From Antedon mediterranea (Eukaryota > Animalia > Echinodermata), in contig NC_092677.1 in NCBI RefSeq assembly GCF_964355755.1, positions 2,502,101 through 2,566,100 of the forward strand: a stretch of DNA of 64,000 nucleotides, written 5' to 3'. Position 1 is the stretch's first letter, and every line of letters starts with the position of its first letter. The notes below the pieces were generated by a model. That model saw only the letters and a program-made list of their open reading frames with translations. It ran no database searches and had not been told where the DNA came from. Positions 52,501 through 61,500 of the stretch are shown here, one piece after another. The translations under genes were made by a program, and so were the position numbers.

Positions 52501-55500
52501 TGTTAGTACTATAAATTGATGGACTCTGAAGTAAAGACAAAAGTGACAACTAAAATGCTGCAGTAAATTAACATGTTTTTCTTTTATGTATACGCATCCA
52601 TCAGAGTGTAAATCGCCAATGGGCTCAAGGCTCATTTGAGGCTTAAGGAGTGCAGTTAAAAGTGTCATGAGTTTACAACCCTGGCACTAGGTCAGGATCG
52701 AACTCCGGAATCACCTTAACTACCAAACTACTGCTCTACTAAATTATACTTCTACACTTAATGTGCAATAAAACTAAAAAACTTGGTTCTTTTGCAATTA
52801 TATTAAAACTTTGTTAAAAATAGATAATACCAAGATAACCAGAGGAAACAATTGGATAAGATCAGGTATTTCAATCTCTCAAAACCAGATAGATAACCAG
52901 AATTTATGGTAAACCCAAACATTTCAACATTAAAAATTATATGTGTATTCAGGACTACTCCAATTGACAAATTAACAATTAATTTTTAATATTTGTTCAT
53001 TTGCATCTTCTTTAGCAAATAACACCATTGCCTCATAAACTGAATGTCTAAAACTAACCACCTATGGTTTTATCGCTTTAAAAACAACTGTACTCACGTT
53101 TTCGCCGTCGGACTGGAAGTCTTCGTCTTCCATACACATAATCTGCTGGTTGCGATTGTCATCGTTGGAAATCGTTGAATAAAATGGTTCCATGCTTGTC
53201 GTGTGAGATAACGGACTTGTACCAAGCTTACACGTCTATAATATAAAAAAAAATTGTAAATACCATTTTTAAATCAAATTGTTTTATCGATAATCGAAAA
53301 TTAATAAAAAGAATCAAATGACAAAAATGTCTGTAGCTTTAAATCAAATTTAAACCAGATTTTCAGTATATCCACATTTGAAAATATGCGTACAGTATAA
53401 CAGGCAAATGCCATAATACAGCAGCAGCTGATGCCTGTATCGTATAAGGTTAGGTAATAGTCATTGATACAGGGGTCACAAGTGAACACAGGGGTCACAA
53501 GTGAACACAGGGGTCACACGTGAACACAGGGGTCACACGTGAACACAGGGGTCACACGTGAACACAGGGGTCACATGTGAACACAGGGGTCACACGTGAA
53601 CACAGGGGTCACACGTGAACACAGGGGTCACACGTGAACACAGGGTCACACGTGAACACAGGGGTCACACGTGAACACAGTGGTCACACGTGAACACAGG
53701 GGTCACACGTGAACACAGGGGTCACACGTGAACACAGAAATACTGACTTTGCTTATGGTACTCGAAAAATTTAGATACAATACCAAGAATCAGTTACAGC
53801 AATAGATTATGTATAAGTGAAATTAAACAATGTGTCTTTTCCATGAACACAATTATTTACAAATGCCTCATCAATCGTGATATTCAATTACAACACTTTG
53901 TTTCTAACGAGTGCAAGCAAATGATTACAAAATGATTGTCGTTGACGGGTTATTGATGATCGTCTCTTGCAAAGTAATTGAAAACATCTTGTAATGCATT
54001 GGTATGCGTTTATGTTTGTAAATACAGCTTTCTCTTTTAATTAAAGATAAACTTTAGAAGCAAGACTGTACAGGTATCGATCGTTAATTACACTAAATCT
54101 ATCAATCTTTCTGTACTTGGAATAGTTTCTACTGAATACATGTTAGGGATCATGTCAGAATTAGTCTGCTGCTGTTACTGCAGTAAAACATTATTTACTA
54201 CAATATTGTACGATTTTGTTTTGTTTCTATGTACAAGTTTATGAAGGAGTCGCTGCAATAAACCAGTGTATGATTACCAAAACAAAGGTTGCTAAATAAT
54301 GGCATAAACAAAGTAAACAAAATGTAGTTACTGCAGTAACTGCAGTAGAATGTTGACATGGTGAGAGAAATGTAAAAAAGATTACCTCTCCGTCTTCACC
54401 ATAATCTCCAAAGCGGCGACGTTGCCTTGGCGGGGTTGTGTTTGGTGAACTGTCGGCGGCGCTATCACTGTCTGGTGAAACGCTGTACTGTATTAAATCA
54501 GTAGACTAAAAAAGACAAAATAATTTTGTGAAAAAAAATTAATGAATTAATATTTAAATAAATTCACACATATCTACAATAATATATATTTTCTTCGTTT
54601 AATTTATTGCTTGGAAAAAACGATGGCATTAACAAAAATGGCAAGAATCTAGTTAAACTCCACACATAATATTATATGTACAATGATTCTGTACGCTCTT
54701 TAAAATCCTTTTTATATAAGATCCTTTTACACTATATAGTCTTTTAATATTGCTATCAAATGAACGATACGCTCTGCTTCCCCGAGCAGGAACCAAATCA
54801 ATAAACCCACTCTTACTGTGAGAATACAGAATGAAGTGTAAAACAATACGCTTGACAGGTTTGTGTGCTTCAGTTACGATTGAAATAACTTGAAAATGAG
54901 TACGTTCTTAACATAATTAAGATAGAATTCTAGTAGGTGCTGTTTGCTTTGCTTTGTAATTAAGATTCCGTTCAATAAATTAAAGAATACTTTCGATTCG
55001 CACTCATTCTATTATCGATGAATTGTCCCACAAAAACATGAAGATTAATGAAATCAGATTTTGAATAGGTTATTGTGTAGTTTTAATAAAGTTAATCCCT
55101 TCCGTAGAAAAAAAAACTGAAAAAAATGTTTTCAGTTATAAAATGACAAAATAAACAGTTAAATTCAACCAAAAATCCATTGTCTGGCAGCCTAATTGAC
55201 TATTTTTTGTTTTAAATTACAGTTTTTTTTGGTAAATACGTTTTTTTTAGTCCAATTTTTTCCAAAAAAATTTGAAAAACAATACCTTAAAAAATATGAA
55301 AAAGAAAGTACATAGTATTAAAACAAAACAAGAATCTAGTAATGGATTTAAAATAATACAAGGCGTGGTTTCACTTTCCACACACTACTTAAGGAAATAT
55401 ATTATTACACTAACTAGAAAAAAAAACCATTTGTATTGTAATATTACATTATAATGTATAGCAAACATTAATTTCCATTACGATGCAGTTTTCCACAAAT

Positions 55501-58500
55501 TAACCCTCTAAAACACTACATTAATGTTCCCCTATAACATACAGTACCACCTAGATGCTTGTGAGTAGAGACTAAGGACGCCAAGATCCATGGTCTTTTG
55601 GTCTTTAATTGGAGACTTATCTTGTGTCAATATAACATTTGATAATATTTAGACAAATTGAGTAAAGTTCAGTTCGCACAGAGCCAAAATCTCCAGTCTA
55701 CAATTCACACATTGGTTCTATTCTTAAACACTACACCCATTTTTCATGATTCCTTATCAAGCCAATTTGGCTCAGTGTGAATGCAGCCTTAATGTACTTG
55801 TACAACGTGGCGTCAAGACGTCATAAGGCAATATTATTCAAATCATTGAAACATGGCGATAAGATTAGCAAAGAAACAGCAGTAAAAGAGTATTACCTTA
55901 AAACCTCTCTTGCTATCAATGTCACTGTTTCAACTAATCTCCAAACTCAGATTTAAATTATACAACATTAAATTAAAGCAGCATTTTCACAAGATCCAAA
56001 TTAAATTCATCCATCACATTACAAATTACAACATTTTGAATCTTCAATCAATCGTTTGCTATGACGTATATACACACACATATGTGGTATATTGATAATA
56101 AGACGCTCTCTGTATAAACAGCGACAACATTATACACCTTAAGATTTGATACGTACAGACGATTGGGTTTATAGTCTGCGATAATCGCGCGGTAGATTGG
56201 AATGAGTCTCGGGAGAGAGTTTAAAGGCTTTGGGAATTACCTACTTAGTCTCGTACGCTTTAACTATATATAAATATCTTAATAACCATTTTTAATGGTT
56301 GGATATGACAATTTAATAACTAAGTTCAAAGTGTGTGTGCTCGCTGGAATGAATGAATAAAACAAAACAAGATAATAGTAACAAATTATGAAAACCCAGA
56401 AAATATCTATTTTTCATACATTTCAACTGTTGATAAAAATTACTGTCACTCTTATCTCATATTTTAAAGATTTTTTTTCTAAGTGTGCAGTTTTTTTTTT
56501 TTTAAATTACCCCTTTTTGTGATTATTGAATACTGTATAAACATAAAATATAATACTGTATAAATTATCTTCTGGATAAATATAATAAACAGAATTCTAA
56601 AATAAAATATATATACAATAATATAAACATAAATAACTAAGTTAAATTTATAACAAAATTTTATCACATATTATACATTTTCAACATATATCTCATTAGA
56701 TTAATGATAAAAATGTTGTTGCATTGGTTGTTGCTGGTTACCATGGCAAAAGAGTTGTTTTAATGGTATATTAAATTCTTAGCCTATTGTACTTATCATT
56801 GATGAAATTGGTGGTGACTATGCTATGGCTTGGATACAATAAATATTTATTGTTTCTAAATTAATTCATTTTCAGTATATCAATATTGGTGGTTTAGAAT
56901 TTTATCTGTGGCTATTTATAATTTGTATAAAACGTTTAAACTATAAAATCAAAACTAGATTTGCACAATGGTATGTGGCAACGTTTTGATTTATTTTCAA
57001 TATTGCGAATCTACCTGGATGAAAGACAACCTACATAATTGTATAAAACATTAATTTAATATTTACCTTTTTATTATGATAGTCCTTAGATATTATCTTT
57101 TTACATGCATTCAGCTATGAAAAAGAAACCAGCACCAACTACTGCACCTACTTCCTATCTTTAGTATGTCTACTTAGCTACCAACCACTTTAAGCTTAAG
57201 GAAACCATTCAAAATACACACTTCCTATGTAAACATACACCCTTCATCAATTTCTATATATATACACCTTATGTTTACAATGGCTATTATTGCCACATGT
57301 ATATCCACGTCTCAAGTGAAAGTTCCTCAAGTCTAAGCCACAAGTCGTACTGGTCAGCGATTTCCTTCCAGTCTAAGCCACAAGTCGTACTGGTCAGCGA
57401 TTTCCTTCCAGTCTAAGCCACAGTCGGAGCAAGTATGGTTATTTCTTAGTAAAGCACTTACACGAGACCAGTACAAAATAGTCCACACCTTAAGCTAATC
57501 TCCTTAGTTACAACGTATTAACTGCCATTTAAAGAGGCTAGCATATATCTATCTTTACCACAGTAAAAAATATGTAGTAAACCACTCAGAGGCTAGAATA
57601 TCTACCACAGTATAGCATGCAGTATAACCCACTCAGAGACTAGCATATCTATCACGGTACAGCATGCAGTATAACCCACTCAGAGGCTAGAATATCTACC
57701 ACAGTACAGCATAAAGCACCAGTTATTGAGAGGCTACTACAGTATAAGCACTTATTACACAGTACAACACATCGTCACGGTTCTTTAACTATTAACAATT
57801 TCAGAAAGGTATTCCTAATCACTTATTGGAAAACAGTTAAAATGAGGCTATTCATTCAGATTATACTATATCTGTATGGTGCATTAATACAATCTATACA
57901 TCCTAAACACAGTAATAATTTGTATTCAGCCTTTATCTATTCTTAAGAAGGACACACTATTGTTTAACAACAATTATTAAAAATGGCTTTAACAGACATT
58001 ACTTGAAACCAAAAACTGAAGAAAACTTCTATAGAACAGTTCAAAGAGTTTGTGATTATCAGGTCGTTAAGTTTTGAGAGAGTTTTGTACTTTCAAAGAA
58101 ATTAAATTTGGGAGAGTTTCTGGTATTCATAGGGACCGTTTTAGGCAGAGAATAGTAAAAAATGATCATATATCGGTTCTTTCATTTTTTCATCAGCAAC
58201 AAAGTGAAGCTTTTTACCAGATAAAAAATGAATCCTATACCTCATGAGTAACTGTTTAAAATTTAACACAAATCTTAGTCTATTAAGTGCTGCATTCGTA
58301 CAATAGTTTCCAAACCTTATTTCAAACATTTAACTCTCTTTTCTGTGATTGTTGACCCAAAGATTGAAATTTACAAATTACAATATACGGACATGTAAAT
58401 AAGAGATACGACAACAAGAACAGAATATTAGATTATCAGAGATTATACCAAATTATTATCAAACTGTGAGTTATTATTCAGAGAGTAGCCTGAAGGTTTT

Positions 58501-61500
58501 CACGCACTTTAAACAAGCATGCAAGTGTATGAAGCAATAAGCTGCATTCAATCTTACAACCGATGCTTTCATGATGATTATGATTGTATGGAAATCTTGA
58601 ATTTTCTGAGTCATATTAATAGCTAACTTGTCTAATACATAAAATAAATGAAAATGGATTGCAATACTTGAAATGAATGAAGAGGTTTTACTGTATATCA
58701 ATTTGCAGTCCGTGTTCTCTCAGAGCAGGTTGTTCTAGCAAGATTTAACAGAAGAAATTGCCTAACAAAAAGGGTGTAAGAAAACTAAGCAAAAATATCC
58801 AGCCTTTCTCCTTTCTACCATACATCTGGGCTACCTCCATCCTCTTTAGAACTCTGATGATAGCACACACTTATCCCTTTTCTACTGTAGATTAACTTCT
58901 AGCCAGGCCAAGCCTTCTTCCTCTGCATATCCTCCGTTATCCTTTAACCTTACTGATACTCTCCCGGTAGGGCACACCTACCCCCTTTCTGTAGATCTCC
59001 ACCAGGATAGAACCTATCCAGGCTACCTCCTTTATCCCTTAACCTTACTGATACTCTCCCAGTAGGCCACACCTATCCCCTTTTTGTAGCCTAACTGTCT
59101 ACATCCCTTACAATACTCTTTACTCACCTGTGAATTATCAACCCTATTCTTCTGGGACATACTGTCAAAATTGCTCAATCTTGGCCTCCTGTGATTATTC
59201 ATGTTGCAAGCATCTGAATTATTCCGTTTCACACTCGGCTTTTTCTTTGGATCCTGTTGGAAGAACGTCTCTGGGCTCGATCTTTGCCGTGGATGCGAAC
59301 CGGCTTGACTCAACTAAAACAAATATAGGAAAGTATTCCTGTAAATTAATTGACTCGTGTTCACACTAACTCCAGTTATGTCCATATATGTTGATATGTT
59401 CACAATCACATCTATGGTAATATGTTCACACTATAGAATAATGCATCCGTCAGTGTGAACAGGGCCTATGTACATATTATAAACATCACCAGTGTCCTTG
59501 TAGCTGTGTGTTATAAACACAAACAGCAGATAACAACAATATAAAATGGCTGACTATCTCTTCAACTAACTTTATTAAACGGATATTAAATTTAATGGCA
59601 AATAGAATTGAAAACATGGTGTATAACAATGCCTATTGTCTGTCATTGTCAATGTGAGAATGAGTTCACCTTGGCACCTGTGAATTTGACCTGTTTTATG
59701 TGTGAAGAATGACAATAAAGTTGTTCTTTAGAATCCACAAGCGGTGAACTTCCTAATCCAATTTATATGAGCAGATTCAAATTTCATATAATTTAATTTT
59801 TGTTTTAAAATGTGTTATTGCTTCTTAAAAAAGAACAATAACAAATAAATACAGGTTAAATAAATATATACTCTTTATACAGCAATTAGCTTTCTTTTAA
59901 CTATTTTGTTTACTGTTATTAGCCAAACCACAACAATAAATTATTAGTAGCCGTCTGAGAATTAATAGTAAAGTTAGTGTTTCAGAAAATAATAGTAACA
60001 AACTTCACAATAAACCTTTAGTCTGGAAAACATGATCAAAAATGATAAACAATAACACATTATCATAAAATTATAACAAAAAATATTAAAAACACAATTT
60101 GATACAAATAATAAAATGTTAGTACAAAATTAAATGTCTGGAGGAACAAATCCATTGTTAAAACAATGGGTTATCCATTTTAAACAGAGATAAATAATTC
60201 AATAAAATGTTAGTAATGTATTAGATGTCTGAAGGAACATATAAATTGTAAAAACAATAACATTTACACTACAGAACAAAAACCATAACAAATAAAATAC
60301 AACTATATAAAAATGACATTATTATATAAAATAATAAAGAAATAAGGTAGTTTTAACTACACTACTATAATCTAAGGAAGTATAGAGGGAGCCAGACACA
60401 TATTTAACAAAGAAAACGGATATTTCATTTTTTTTTTCCTGTAGGGCAGATTGTAATGACAATGATTAAAAGAAAATAACAGAATGGAAAGAATTTCATT
60501 AATAAAATTCATTGAAATTTTAATTTGATTTGGAAAATAAATCAATACTTTATACATTTTTATATTTTTTATCAGAGGTCAAAGTGCAATAACAAAACAT
60601 TGAAAACAAAAACAAAACTCCATGCATGCATGTGCAATGTGTAAAAAATACAACAAAAAGTATAAAACAATGAATGAAAAAAGGGTTATTAAAAGATTTG
60701 TTAAAACTTAATGATGATGAAAACATAAATGATATAGAATAAAGAAACTTGTGAATAAATTAAGGTGGTAATGAAACGTTTTAAATAAATTAAGGTGGTA
60801 AAGAAACTTGTGAATAAATTAAGGTGGTAAAGAAACTTTTGAATAAATTAAGGTGGTAAAGAAACTTGTGAATAAATTAAGATGGTAAAGAAACTTGTAA
60901 ATAAATTAAGATGGTAAAGAAACTTGTGAAAAAATGAAGGTGGTAAAGAAACTTGTGAAAAAATGAAGGTGGTTAAGAAACTTGTGAATAAATTAAGGTG
61001 GTTAAGAAACTTGTGAATAAATTAAAGTGGTAAAGAAAATAAATTTAACAAAACATAAAATGTGCTTGAAACATAAATTCAAAAAATGATTTGTTAAATA
61101 ACAAAAAACGGTGGATTGTTATAGTAAAACCAGATGCATTAGTGCTATGAGGGGGCTTGGACTGGATGCATTAGTGCTGTGAGGTGGGGGAGGGGGGCCT
61201 TGGATGGGGTGGTTTTTTGGGGGAAATGTCCGTCTGGCTACACTACATATACTCCTTACCCAAGTCAATCTATTCTTTTCTCTGCGTTCTCGTATCACGT
61301 CCTGAAAACGTTTTTTAAGGTAAGACAGACATTTTTAAAAAGAAATAGAAAAATAAAAGTTAAAAAGACATGAACAAAACATACAAAAGAAGTTTTTTTA
61401 GCAAAACATTAATTTTCTTTCATTATTAAACTAATATGGTGTTATGATGACTTCTTAGTTAATAGGCTTTCGTTTTTTACTGTCCTACAGTCTGCCTTCT

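Noticed and set aside
60361-60438. 78-nt in-frame cassette exon
   Set aside because: Donor (AGT|gtagtt) is weak and the composition is intron-like.
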